DNA from: Paenibacillus sp.
GTDB lineage: Bacteria; Bacillota; Bacilli; Paenibacillales; Paenibacillaceae
DNA: 64,000 bases
NCBI RefSeq assembly: GCF_035510375.1
Contig: NZ_DATKHG010000023.1
Reading direction: 5' to 3' (one strand)
Positions within the stretch are counted from its first letter, which is position 1; each line of letters starts with the position of its first letter. Of the stretch, positions 37,479 to 47,029 are shown piece by piece. A program made the translations under genes and the position numbers. The notes beneath the pieces are model-generated. The model saw only the letters and a program-made list of their open reading frames with translations. It searched no databases and was not told where the DNA came from.

Positions 37479-38819
37479 ATGCAGCTATGGGGACCGTGTA
37501 TCGATTTGTTTTGCGGCGCGGGCGGGTTATCCTGCGGCTTCATGCAAGCGGGCTTTGATATCCGGGTCGGCATCGATGTGGATGCGTCGGCGCTGCTGAC
37601 GTTTGAGCGCAATCATTCGCAGGCTATGGCGATCAAGGAAGACGTCGCCCGGTTGACGGGAGACAAACTCCGGGAGCTTGCGCGAAGCGAGACAGTGCTT
37701 GGCATGATCGGCGGGCCTCCCTGCCAGGGATTTTCGCTCGCCGGAAACCACGATCCGGATGATGTCCGAAACCTGCTGCCTTATGAATACGCCCGGCTGC
37801 TGAAGGAAGTAAGACCCGCCTTTTTTCTGATGGAAAACGTAAAGGGGCTGCTCAGCAAAAAGCAGCGTATTCATTTTGACGCCATACGCGAGCTGTTTTC
37901 GGCGGCAGGCTACAGGCTGGAGTGGAAACTTCTTAACGCCTGGGATTACGGCGTAGCGCAGACGCGGGAGCGGGTGTTTATCGTCGGGTTCCGAACGGAT
38001 TTGGAGGCCTCCTTTGACTGGCCCCCGCCCGATCCCACGCGCCCAGTGCTGCGCGATGCGATCGGGGATCTGCCGGAGCCGGTGGAGAACGAAACGACGA
38101 TGGTGAACCATACGCTGTCCGATCCCCGACCGGTCTCGATGGTGAACCGGCTGAAGAATGCCGGGAAGGGCATTGCGATGTTCGACTGCAAGGTGCAGGA
38201 CTGGGAGCAGCCTTGCAAAACAGTTACCGCGCATTTGTCGAAGGATGTCGATCTTGCCCATCCGGGCTTGCCGCCGAACCATGCCGGTCATCTTTTTCCC
38301 AATGTGTGTAAAGAGAGCCGTTACGATCAGACGAACCGAAGGGCAGGATGGGAGGATCCTTCCTTTACGATAACCGCGCACAGCCGTTCAGCGGGGCTGC
38401 ATCCGAATCACGGGCCGGTGCCTACGGATCCGGCTCGGATTCTTCATCTGGTTTCACAAGCGGATGCGGACGGGGTTATTCCGCTGGAGGCACTCGAGAT
38501 GGAAATGCCAACGCGGGTTCGGGGACTCAAAGGACGTCAAAAAGTCGGTTCGTGGAAAAAGCCGAATCCAACGATTACGGCGAATGCCGGTTTTTATGCC
38601 GGCGCGCATTATCATCCGGAGTTGGCCCGTCCCCGGCGTTTTACGGTGCGCGAGTGCGCCCGGATTCAGTCATTTCCGGACACCTTTGTGTTTTACGGAA
38701 GCTTAAGCGCGCAGTATCGGCAAGTCGGAAACGCAGTGCCGCCCAAGCTAGCCTATGCGTTGGCGCGGCAAATCGCGAGGGCGTTGGGGTATCCGGCAGA
38801 GAGGGGAGGCGAAGTCTAA
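37479..38819 (+). CDS. DNA (cytosine-5)-methyltransferase
   Basis: Motif I (DLFCGAGG), IV (GGPPCQGFS), VI (ENVKGL), VIII (QTRERVFIVG), IX (RRFTVRECARIQSFPD) and X (GNAVPP). Confidence 0.95.
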   Translation: MQLWGPCIDLFCGAGGLSCGFMQAGFDIRVGIDVDASALLTFERNHSQAMAIKEDVARLTGDKLRELARSETVLGMIGGPPCQGFSLAGNHDPDDVRNLLPYEYARLLKEVRPAFFLMENVKGLLSKKQRIHFDAIRELFSAAGYRLEWKLLNAWDYGVAQTRERVFIVGFRTDLEASFDWPPPDPTRPVLRDAIGDLPEPVENETTMVNHTLSDPRPVSMVNRLKNAGKGIAMFDCKVQDWEQPCKTVTAHLSKDVDLAHPGLPPNHAGHLFPNVCKESRYDQTNRRAGWEDPSFTITAHSRSAGLHPNHGPVPTDPARILHLVSQADADGVIPLEALEMEMPTRVRGLKGRQKVGSWKKPNPTITANAGFYAGAHYHPELARPRRFTVRECARIQSFPDTFVFYGSLSAQYRQVGNAVPPKLAYALARQIARALGYPAERGGEV

Positions 38820-39043
38820 TGAGCCAGTGTTTGCTTTTTATCGAAACGATGCCGGTCAGTCTTCATATCGTCCAGGTTCATACGAAGGACAAGCGGGACG
38901 GCATTCCGGTGACCGTTCATGTCCGCCGGGACAAGCCGAACCAATGGCAGTGGCAATTTGAGACCGCGCAGGGAAAAAGCAAGTGGCATAACGGCGACCT
39001 GGATGAGCTCAAAAACTACTGGCGGGCGCTGTCGCTTTTGTAA
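38819..39043 (+). CDS. Hypothetical protein (74 aa), translationally coupled to the C5-MTase (TAATG)
   Basis: The start overlaps the MTase stop codon. Coding-like sequence. Confidence 0.45.
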   Translation: MSQCLLFIETMPVSLHIVQVHTKDKRDGIPVTVHVRRDKPNQWQWQFETAQGKSKWHNGDLDELKNYWRALSLL

Positions 39044-39062
39044 AGAAGAGAGGAGCGTGAAT

Positions 39063-39326
39063 GTGCGGCATTTGCAATTATACGTCAAAGAAATCTATGG
39101 CGTTTATCAGGTTATCGGCGTTGAGCCGGGGAAAGACGTATATGCTCTGGGCAGCCGGGAGAACGCGCAAGATGCGATTCGCCATGCTTTGGAATACGCC
39201 CGTTTGCTTGGCGTGTCCGAGCAGGAAGTTTATTTTTGCGGGCATTCGATTCCGCAGTTGGCGGTGCTCGGAGCCGGATTTTTAGAATTCCTTACAAAAA
39301 ATGAAGGAGAGGATCGCCATTGCTGA
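39063..39326 (+). CDS. Hypothetical protein (87 aa); weakly similar to 40169..40369
   Basis: GGAG 7 nt before GTG 39063. Preferred over the alternative-frame ORF 39061..39285, which is C/R/W-rich. Confidence 0.4.
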   Translation: MRHLQLYVKEIYGVYQVIGVEPGKDVYALGSRENAQDAIRHALEYARLLGVSEQEVYFCGHSIPQLAVLGAGFLEFLTKNEGEDRHC

Positions 39327-40120
39327 AAAGTCCGATTCGCTGGCAAGGCGGCAAGTCGCGGCTTCGCGAGGACATTATCCGCCGGTTTCCGCCTCATGTG
39401 GTCTATGCGGAAGTGTTCGGCGGCGGGGGCTGGGTGCTGTTTGGGAAAGAACGGTCTAAAGTGGAAGTGTACTCGGACATCAACGCGGAGCTTGTTAATT
39501 TTTTCAGGGTCATTCAAGAGGATTGGGAGTCGCTGGCCAAAAGGTTCGAATGGGCGCTTTATGCCCGCGACGAGTTTCAGCGCATTCTGAACCGGCGAAA
39601 CGAAGAGCGCGATCCCGTCACCCGCGCTTACGATTTTTATTACCGTGTGTATTCCCATTTCGGTGGCAAATACAACGACTGCGACGATTGGGGGTATACT
39701 CGCAGCAAACCGGCCTACGACCTGAGTAAAGTAAAGGAAAAGTTCAAACTGGCGCATGAACGGCTGATCGGGGTGTACATCGAGAACCGTTCATTCGAAG
39801 AAGTTATCCCGCGATACGATTCGCCGGATAGCTTTTTTTATTGCGATCCGCCCTATCTCGGGCTTTCCGGTTATCTGTACAAGTTTGATGAAACGCATCA
39901 CCGGAGGCTGCGCGAATTGCTCGGCGGGATCAAGGGCAAGTTCCTGCTCAGCATCAACGATCACCCGCTCATTCGGGAATGGTATGCGCCGTACGTAATC
40001 GAGAGCGTGGAAACCCGCTATACGATCGCCAAGCAGCAGAAAGGGCGGCAGCCGGCAAAAGAACTGCTCATTAGCAATTATGCGCTTCATGGCGGGCAAG
40101 AAAGCGGGACTACTTCATGA
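39320..40120 (+). CDS. DNA N6-adenine methyltransferase (D12 class, Dam-like)
   Basis: N-terminal SPIRWQGGKSRL, FGGGG and the catalytic DPPY (FYCDPPYL). Confidence 0.9.
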   Translation: MLKSPIRWQGGKSRLREDIIRRFPPHVVYAEVFGGGGWVLFGKERSKVEVYSDINAELVNFFRVIQEDWESLAKRFEWALYARDEFQRILNRRNEERDPVTRAYDFYYRVYSHFGGKYNDCDDWGYTRSKPAYDLSKVKEKFKLAHERLIGVYIENRSFEEVIPRYDSPDSFFYCDPPYLGLSGYLYKFDETHHRRLRELLGGIKGKFLLSINDHPLIREWYAPYVIESVETRYTIAKQQKGRQPAKELLISNYALHGGQESGTTS

Positions 40121-40168
40121 AGATGGAAGCTGTTTTAGATCGGTTTCTAACGAAAGGATGAAAAACGA

Positions 40169-40369
40169 ATGACTGATCAGGTTCGTATCGAGCCGAGGGG
40201 TGAAAAGTTTGCCGTAGTGCTGCATCACGGCGGATCGACGCAGGAAATGGATGTGCGCGACACGTATCGAGATGCGGAAAATTTTGCTTTTTATGTGGCG
40301 CGCCGCGTCAAGCTGGATGTTTATTTCCTGGGGCAAATCATCGACGGAAGGAAGGGTCAGACATGGTGA
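40169..40369 (+). CDS. Hypothetical protein (66 aa)
   Basis: Operonic. Shares DA....A..VAR and (D/E)VYF.G with the product of 39063..39326. Confidence 0.45.
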   Translation: MTDQVRIEPRGEKFAVVLHHGGSTQEMDVRDTYRDAENFAFYVARRVKLDVYFLGQIIDGRKGQTW

Positions 40370-40560
40370 GAGTGCCTAAAAACGTATTGGAAGGACTGGA
40401 GGCGGTACGCCGGTTAGGGCCGGTCAACATGCTGGATCGTCCGGGTGTAGTTTATTGGGCGGATAAACTTGGGTTTTCAGAAACGTCACAATGGATTCGG
40501 GACAATCCGAAAAAGTATGCGGAAGGCGTATTTACCGGATTTGAGGCCGAATCGTCATAA
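40363..40560 (+). CDS. Small protein resembling DUF5049 (phage/plasmid family)
   Basis: Pattern VPKNVLEGLEAVRRLGPVNMLDRPGV..WADKLGF as I recall for DUF5049. Overlaps the upstream gene. Confidence 0.4.
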   Translation: MVRVPKNVLEGLEAVRRLGPVNMLDRPGVVYWADKLGFSETSQWIRDNPKKYAEGVFTGFEAESS

Positions 40561-40601
40561 ATATCCGACGCCATCGGCCGATTGGAAGGGAGGCGGTTGT
40601 C

Positions 40602-42170
40602 TTGCAAGTGGTTTTGTTTCGTCCCCATCAACGCCAGCGGCAAGCTTGGGTCGATCGGCTGCGACAATCGGGTTACGACATCAAATTTGTTCATGACCCG
40701 GAGCGGATGACCGAGGAGACGGATTTTATCGTCATTGATACGGCGGTCGGGAAATGGAAGGACTATGTCCGGCTGCTTAAGGGACGGGGAGCGCCCATTG
40801 TATTGCTGGTGGACAGCGATGCGCAGTTATCGGAGATTGAGATCGCTTCGCTTGGAGCAGTCGGAGCGGTGATGCAGGAGGAGGAGACGGACCGCGTCTT
40901 TGCCAAATTCAAGCGCCCGAAAGAAAGCGGTCTGACGAATCGGCCAGAAGCCGAAACGCTGGCTGCGTTTCCACAGTACGGGAGATCGCTGGTGTTGGCG
41001 GCGGAAGAGTCTTTTTCGATGGAACCGCAACAGGCAGATTTGATTCGTAAACGGGAGAAAGAGTCAGAATCAACGGCCGCCGACCTGGAAAGCGAACAGG
41101 GGATTCAGCGTGAAAAGACAATGGGCAGTACGCTTTCACAGCGAAAAGAAGCAAGGCAGAGATCAGCGGAACGTTTTTCCACAAAGAACATTTCTGAAAT
41201 TCATGAAGATTCCGCCCTTGCTCCAAATGAGGATCCCATGCAGGATGGCGGAATTTCAAAACCGGATCAGCCAGAAGACAGGGAGCAAGGGCTGTGGGAC
41301 AACCTGGTGAAGGGACAACAAATTACAACGGACGAGGAAACAGCGGTGACGCAAGGTGTTCCGCAGTCAACGCCGCGCTTTTTGCCTCCGAAAAGCCGGG
41401 ATCTCCCATCGGTCGCGGCTGTTTATGCGGCCAAAGGCGGTGTGGGCAAAACGACGTTTCTTTTGCACTTGGCTGCGGTATTGGCAAAGGAAGAACGCCG
41501 GGTTTGCGTTCTTGATCTGGATCTGATGCACGGAACGGTAGCTTCTATGCTGCAAATCCAACCGAACAAAACGATCGTCGATCTGGTTCGCCGGATCGAT
41601 GATCCGAAAGCGAGCCGAGCCTGTCTTCTCCAAACGAAGATGGGCTTTTCCATTGTCGCCGCGCCTTTGCAACCTGGAGCGTACCGGATACAGCGGGAAC
41701 AGCTCTTGGCAATCCTGCGATTCTTGAAAGAGGAAACGGACATCGTGCTGATCGATACGCCTGTCCATTTCGACGGCCTAATCAAGTTAGCCTTGGAGCA
41801 GACAGAGCAGTTACTCCTGATGACAACCGATGAACCGGCCAGCATGGAGAGCCTTGTGCGCATGAAGCCGCTGCTCAGCAGCCTTCGGCCGACGCCAGAG
41901 ACTTACACGGTTTGGACCCGACTTACGGAACAGCCGCCAAAGGAGCAGTGTCGTGAGAACATACCGTGGCCGGTGATTTTGGAATTGCCGGAAGATCCAA
42001 CGATCGGCAAGGCGGCTCGGAGCGGACAATTGATCGCAAGTTCGCCTTGCAGTCCGTATCGCCTGCGGGTGAAACAGTTTGCGGATCGATGGCTGGGTAT
42101 GGAGCCGGAACGGTCCGGCTACAAACGGAACCTGTTGATGCGGTTGCTGTCCAACCGGAAGTCCATATGA
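40602..42170 (+). CDS. TadZ/CpaE-like protein: atypical receiver domain, long acidic linker, MinD/ParA ATPase
   Basis: REC-like N-terminus lacking the acidic pair (VVLFRPHQ...FIVIDTAV). C-terminal deviant Walker A (YAAKGGVGKTT) and IVLIDTP. TTG start with GGGAGG RBS. Confidence 0.75.
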   Translation: MQVVLFRPHQRQRQAWVDRLRQSGYDIKFVHDPERMTEETDFIVIDTAVGKWKDYVRLLKGRGAPIVLLVDSDAQLSEIEIASLGAVGAVMQEEETDRVFAKFKRPKESGLTNRPEAETLAAFPQYGRSLVLAAEESFSMEPQQADLIRKREKESESTAADLESEQGIQREKTMGSTLSQRKEARQRSAERFSTKNISEIHEDSALAPNEDPMQDGGISKPDQPEDREQGLWDNLVKGQQITTDEETAVTQGVPQSTPRFLPPKSRDLPSVAAVYAAKGGVGKTTFLLHLAAVLAKEERRVCVLDLDLMHGTVASMLQIQPNKTIVDLVRRIDDPKASRACLLQTKMGFSIVAAPLQPGAYRIQREQLLAILRFLKEETDIVLIDTPVHFDGLIKLALEQTEQLLLMTTDEPASMESLVRMKPLLSSLRPTPETYTVWTRLTEQPPKEQCRENIPWPVILELPEDPTIGKAARSGQLIASSPCSPYRLRVKQFADRWLGMEPERSGYKRNLLMRLLSNRKSI

Positions 42171-42187
42171 AAACAATATGAGAGGCG

Positions 42188-42427
42188 GTGAAAGACATGA
42201 AAGTGCTCGAAGCGGAAGCAGCCCGCCCCATGAACGCAAGAGGCGGCTTGTATGTTCTGATCGAAGGGACGCAAGAGGAGATTTATAAGGGGACGTCGGA
42301 TCGTCTGGCGGTTGAGACCGCCAACCGTCTCGGTTGGAAGGGCGACGGTCAAGCGACCATCGGCATCCCGACACGGGAAGGCGTCGACCTGTACACGCGC
42401 GCGTACTGGTTTCACGAAAAGCGATAA
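42188..42427 (+). CDS. Hypothetical protein (79 aa)
   Basis: Operonic, with coding-like sequence. Confidence 0.45.
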   Translation: MKDMKVLEAEAARPMNARGGLYVLIEGTQEEIYKGTSDRLAVETANRLGWKGDGQATIGIPTREGVDLYTRAYWFHEKR

Positions 42428-42454
42428 GTCGCTTTTTGATAAACAGAAGGGAGA

Positions 42455-43591
42455 ATGATTGAGGCCATGATCAGCCGAAAACAGAAACGAATCATTTTTG
42501 CAGCCATTGTTGGAGGACTGCTGTTGCTCCTGTTTGCGCTGGCTCTTGTTTTGTATTTTCAAGCGAAGCAAGCCAGCTTTCAACAACAGCTCCAGTCCGA
42601 ATACGAAGCGAAGATCAAGAAATCGGAGACGATGGAACAGGCCGCAAAAACAAGGATTTTGGCGGCCGCTCGGAGCATTCCATCCGGAACGACCCTTCAG
42701 GCGGAGGATGTGAAGGCGGTGGAGGTGCCCGCCGATCAGGCGTCTTCCGGGAGTCTCAAGGAATCAAGCGCGGCGGTCGGCAAAATCACCAAGATCGATT
42801 TGCAGCCGAACACCCCGCTCGTTGCTTCGATGCTGTTTGAAGACATGCCGATTGCGAGAGATATACGGATGCAAGAATTTAATGTCATACAGTTGCCTTC
42901 GAATCTGCAAAAAGGACAATTTGTCGATGTTCGGATCAACTTCCCGACCGGAGAGGATTTTATCGTCCTTAGTAAAAAGAAAGTCCGGGAACTGTCCGGC
43001 ACGATCGTTTGGTACGAAATGAACGAAACCGAAATCATGAGGGCTTCCAGCGCCATTATCGACGCCTATTTGCAAGGAGCCAAGCTGTATGCGCTGACCT
43101 ATGTCGATCCGGGATTGCAGGAAGCGGCGGTTGCCAACTATCCGTCCAACCCGAAGGTACTGGATTTAATGCAACGAGATCCGAACATTTTGGAAGAAGC
43201 GAAAACCGCACTCGCCCGAGGGCTCCGTACAACGCTCGACAACAACCTGAAAGCGATGAGCGACACGGACAAAATGCGGGTAACAAGTGGAAGTGTCACC
43301 GTTCAGCAGCAACTGCAAAACGAACGCATTACGACGAAGCAGAATAATGAGTTCCGGTTGAGCGCGCAGCAGCAGGTCCAGCGAACCGCCGTGGAACAAC
43401 AAAGTTCAACGAACCAAACGAAACCGAATCAAAATGAGTCCGCTACTCAGCCGAGTGCGCCGGCCTTGCCCGATCCGGCAATAGAAACGCCGACACCGGC
43501 TCCGGCCCAGAAACCGGGCGATGTCAAAGAGCCGCCCAAAACGGACCGGCTTAAAGATGTGTTCAATCAACCGAAGACCGGCGGTTCATAA
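42455..43591 (+). CDS. CpaB/RcpC-like pilus-assembly protein (TM anchor, SAF domain, Q/P-rich tail)
   Basis: N-terminal TM, then a SAF-type segment (ARSIPSGTTLQAEDVKAVEVP) and a CpaB-like body. Confidence 0.65.
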   Translation: MIEAMISRKQKRIIFAAIVGGLLLLLFALALVLYFQAKQASFQQQLQSEYEAKIKKSETMEQAAKTRILAAARSIPSGTTLQAEDVKAVEVPADQASSGSLKESSAAVGKITKIDLQPNTPLVASMLFEDMPIARDIRMQEFNVIQLPSNLQKGQFVDVRINFPTGEDFIVLSKKKVRELSGTIVWYEMNETEIMRASSAIIDAYLQGAKLYALTYVDPGLQEAAVANYPSNPKVLDLMQRDPNILEEAKTALARGLRTTLDNNLKAMSDTDKMRVTSGSVTVQQQLQNERITTKQNNEFRLSAQQQVQRTAVEQQSSTNQTKPNQNESATQPSAPALPDPAIETPTPAPAQKPGDVKEPPKTDRLKDVFNQPKTGGS

Positions 43592-43605
43592 GGAAGGAGG
43601 CCGAC

Positions 43606-44331
43606 ATGAAACAAATCGTTTTTTTCGGTGCGCCGGACAAAAGCCACCTTCTGCTTGTGTTGGGCAAGCTGCTGACTGCTGCGGGTCTGCGGGTGCTGCA
43701 TGTCGATTCGACGATCGCACAGTCGGCGCAGGGATATCTCCCGCAGTCGGATGAACGGACGGGTGCTTTCGTGACCGAATTTGAGGGATTGGACGTCGCT
43801 GGCGGCTTTATTACGTACAACCAGTTGGATCGCTATATGAAGCAAATGGAAGGCAAGTGGCCGCATTACGATGTCATGCTGCTCGATACGGATCATGCCG
43901 AGTTTGTCAAAGGCCGGGAGTTGGAGGCGTTCGCTCATCGCGTTTGGTGCAGCAGCTTCGAAAAATTGGCGCTGCAGAAAAACGCTGAATTGATAAAGCG
44001 GCTGTGTCTGGCGGAATCCGCCGCGCAGCCGCTGCCGTTTTTCAAGCTGCTGTATCCGTTCGTGCAGACCACAATCACCGAGGCGTATATTCATTCGCAC
44101 TACGAGGATGATCCTGTCCAGTGGCTGGAACCGGTATTCCGCATTCCGCTCGATGATCGGGATGTATCGGCAACAATTGATAACCAACATCACGCCCGGA
44201 TCGATGTGCGAAAGCTGTCCGGGGCCTATATCCAAACGGTATTTTCCATGTCAAGGACGCTGTTCGATATGGACGGGCGAACCGTCAAAACGGCGTTGAA
44301 ACAGGTCAGGAGGAATCGCCGTGGGAGTTAA
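43606..44331 (+). CDS. MinD/ParA-fold protein with a degenerate P-loop
   Basis: IVFFGAPDKSHLL in place of KGGxGK[ST]. The Walker-B-like segment YDVMLLDTD is retained. Confidence 0.5.
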   Translation: MKQIVFFGAPDKSHLLLVLGKLLTAAGLRVLHVDSTIAQSAQGYLPQSDERTGAFVTEFEGLDVAGGFITYNQLDRYMKQMEGKWPHYDVMLLDTDHAEFVKGRELEAFAHRVWCSSFEKLALQKNAELIKRLCLAESAAQPLPFFKLLYPFVQTTITEAYIHSHYEDDPVQWLEPVFRIPLDDRDVSATIDNQHHARIDVRKLSGAYIQTVFSMSRTLFDMDGRTVKTALKQVRRNRRGS

Positions 44332-45154
44332 CGTTGTTTTCTGGAGTCCGGTGCCGGGACAAACGGGCAACACGACGAACTTGGCGGCCGCCGCCGCGCT
44401 GCTTGGTCTTGAATGTTCCTCGCGTTTGCTGCTGTTCGGCCATTTGCAAAGCCGTCGCGCCGTTATGGAACAGGCGTTTATGAAGCGCAGAACAGAGTCG
44501 CGCGAGCCAGGTTTTGCCGCCGATTCAGGCATTGACGCATTAGCGCGACTTGCTCAAAACGGCAAGCTGTCGCCGGAGATGATTCGGGATTACACGTTGC
44601 CGCTGCTTAAGGACCGGCTCGACCTGCTGCCGGGTTCGAATAAGCCGGACAAAACCTTTATCCCCGGCATGAAAGAAGTGCTTCTGCCGTTGTTGGAATC
44701 AGCCAAGCGGTACTACGACCTGATTTTAATCGACGGCGGCAGCGGTACGGGATCCGGATGGACCCAGGAGCTGCTGAAAAGCGCTGATCTGGTCGTCGTC
44801 AGTTTGAATCAAAGCCGCTACGTATGGGAGCGTTTTTTTCAACAACAAGAATTACTGCTGAATGGAAAAATGCGTCTTCTCGTTGTCGGGCAGTACGATC
44901 GGCATTCCCAACATACAGCTAAAAATATCGCCCGACAGCATAGGATGAGCGTCCCGCTCTATCCGGTTCCGCATCTTGCGGCCTTTATGGATGCTTCGCA
45001 GGAAGGCCGTGCGATTGATTTCTTGTTTCGCAACCGCAGCGCATCGCGCGATCATGAAAATCATTTTTTCATGCAATGTGTCCGGGGACTGACCGAAGCC
45101 ATCATCGAACGGGCCGGAATAAACAAGCCGTTTTTCGGCGGAAAGGGGGAGTAG
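44321..45154 (+). CDS. MinD/ParA-fold protein with a degenerate P-loop (Lys replaced by Asn)
   Basis: VVFWSPVPGQTGNTTNLAAAAALL versus the canonical S.KGGVGKTT. YDLILIDGGSG and ADLVVVS are retained. Overlaps the previous gene by 11 nt. Confidence 0.55.
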   Translation: MGVNVVFWSPVPGQTGNTTNLAAAAALLGLECSSRLLLFGHLQSRRAVMEQAFMKRRTESREPGFAADSGIDALARLAQNGKLSPEMIRDYTLPLLKDRLDLLPGSNKPDKTFIPGMKEVLLPLLESAKRYYDLILIDGGSGTGSGWTQELLKSADLVVVSLNQSRYVWERFFQQQELLLNGKMRLLVVGQYDRHSQHTAKNIARQHRMSVPLYPVPHLAAFMDASQEGRAIDFLFRNRSASRDHENHFFMQCVRGLTEAIIERAGINKPFFGGKGE

Positions 45155-45157
45155 CGG

Positions 45158-47029
45158 ATGCTTGGTCTATTGAACGGACTGCTCATCCTTGCGCTTCTTC
45201 TGCTATCGGCCTCGCTGTTTTACTTCCGTATGAGCGGGCGCAAGTTGGAGAAGCCGCCGGAAGAGCGGATCTATTCGATCGACGCAATGACCGATTATGT
45301 CAAACAAACGCTGCATGATCTGACGAGCAGCAACCTGTATGATCTCGGTCTATCCGAAGAGGAGTTCCGGCGTCGGAAAAACAAGCGTGCGGAACTGAAG
45401 AAGGCGCTGCGCGGATGCACGTCCGGGGATATGCGGGACAAGGCGTATGTGAAGCAGTTTTTGGCCGACTTGCTGGTTCAAAACTGCAAATTGGATGAAA
45501 CGAACATCAATCGGATTATCCCGTTCGATGATCCATACGAGCTTTCGCCGCAGGATCAATTTGAAATTTTAATGCATCAGTACAAGAAACGCTATCGTCA
45601 CGATGCGCTCAGCGAACTGATTCACAAGTACAAGTTGGACCGGCCAAAGCTCGGGATAGAGGATGGTCGCACCGAATCGTACCGGATTACGGCCGAGGAA
45701 ATCCATGACATTTATAAAAAGGAAGCAAAGAGGCTGCATTTCGAGGACAAGCTGCATATCGTGGCGCAGCGTATTTACCAGCAATACAAGGGATTTAGCG
45801 TCGTCGATGAAATACGGGATATGAAAATCGACGGCGTCTCCGGCGGCGTATCCGGTTTGCCGCCTTCCGTATGGGAGGGGGAATGGGAGTTGCAGGCCGA
45901 TGCGCTGCTGCGCGAAGTTCCGAAGTCCCACGACAGCGTCTGGATTTTCTACAAAGGAAAATCCATTCATCTTAACTTCCTCTCCTTCGGTTCGGAGAAC
46001 GAACTGAAGCGGGTCTGTCAGAACATCTACAAGCACAATTATCCCGGCCAATTATCGGAAGCGAACGGCTTCAAAGTAAATGAGATGGCAGACGGCTCTC
46101 GTGTGGTTGTGCTGCGCCCCCGGTTTTCAGAATCGTGGGCGTTTTTTGTGCGAAAATTCGATGTGCAAAGCGCCACGCTGGAGCAACTCATACGGGATGA
46201 TAACGCTCAGCTCCCCATTGGGTTGATTGCTTCTCTTGTCAAGGGGGCGCGGATTACCGCTGTCACCGGCGCGCAGGGGAGCGGGAAAACGACTCTGCTG
46301 ATGGCGATGGTCAAATTCATTTCCGCCACGTTTACGATTCGGGTGCAGGAGATGAGCTTCGAGCTTCACTTGCGGAAAATTTACAAGGACCGCAATATCC
46401 TCAGTTTCCGCGAGACGGAAACCATCTCAGGGCAGGACGGGCTGGACATCCAGAAAAAGACGGACGGCACCGTGAATATTCTCGGCGAAGTGGCGACTGA
46501 TCCGGTTGCGGCGTGGATGATCCAGATGGCGCAGGTCGCTTCGCTCTTTACGCTCTTTACCCACCATGCCAAAACGTTTCGCGATCTGGTGTACTCGCTC
46601 AGGAACTCGCTGTTGAAGACCGGCGTGTTCACAAACGAAAATGTCGCCGAACAGCAGGTAATCAGCGTCATTAATTTCGACATTCATCTCAAACGCGATG
46701 GGAACGGACATCGCTATATCGAGCGGATTACCGAATGTGTCCCGGTCGATCAGGAAATGGAGTATCCCGCTCCATACCGAGAGTGCGATAAGCTGGAAGA
46801 AAAGATGGCCGCGTTTATGAATACAGCTGTCGAATATTTCCGGCGTTCCACTGACCGAAAGTTGTACGAAGCCCGAAATGTGGTCGAGTGCCGTGACGGC
46901 CGCTATGTGGCCGTGCATCCAATATCGGAACGAAACGTGCGAGAGATGCAGGAGCATATGTCGGAAGCGGATCGTGCAGCATTTCAAGCGTTTCTGGCGG
47001 CGAATTGGGGTGAGCGGGATGGAACTTAA
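45158..47029 (+). CDS. CpaF/TadA-VirB11-family secretion ATPase (divergent), with an N-terminal TM segment
   Basis: Walker A (VTGAQGSGKTTLL). GEVATDPVAAWMIQMAQV...THHAKT corresponds to the GEvR..Ea..m.qA..TGH region of T2SSE ATPases. Confidence 0.7.
   Translation: MLGLLNGLLILALLLLSASLFYFRMSGRKLEKPPEERIYSIDAMTDYVKQTLHDLTSSNLYDLGLSEEEFRRRKNKRAELKKALRGCTSGDMRDKAYVKQFLADLLVQNCKLDETNINRIIPFDDPYELSPQDQFEILMHQYKKRYRHDALSELIHKYKLDRPKLGIEDGRTESYRITAEEIHDIYKKEAKRLHFEDKLHIVAQRIYQQYKGFSVVDEIRDMKIDGVSGGVSGLPPSVWEGEWELQADALLREVPKSHDSVWIFYKGKSIHLNFLSFGSENELKRVCQNIYKHNYPGQLSEANGFKVNEMADGSRVVVLRPRFSESWAFFVRKFDVQSATLEQLIRDDNAQLPIGLIASLVKGARITAVTGAQGSGKTTLLMAMVKFISATFTIRVQEMSFELHLRKIYKDRNILSFRETETISGQDGLDIQKKTDGTVNILGEVATDPVAAWMIQMAQVASLFTLFTHHAKTFRDLVYSLRNSLLKTGVFTNENVAEQQVISVINFDIHLKRDGNGHRYIERITECVPVDQEMEYPAPYRECDKLEEKMAAFMNTAVEYFRRSTDRKLYEARNVVECRDGRYVAVHPISERNVREMQEHMSEADRAAFQAFLAANWGERDGT

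Noticed and set aside
39061-39285. Alternative-frame ATG ORF (74 aa) overlapping 39063..39326
   Set aside because: Its composition is C/R/W-rich (MCGICNYTSKKSMAFIRLSALSRGKTY…RSWRCSEPDF). The other frame gives a normal-looking protein with similarity to the 40169 product and a correctly spaced RBS.
37479-40120. Looked for a restriction endonuclease partner that would make the methyltransferases part of a complete R-M system
   Set aside because: The only neighbouring ORFs are 66-87 aa, with no PD-(D/E)xK, HNH or GIY-YIG signatures visible, so the methyltransferases are treated as orphans.
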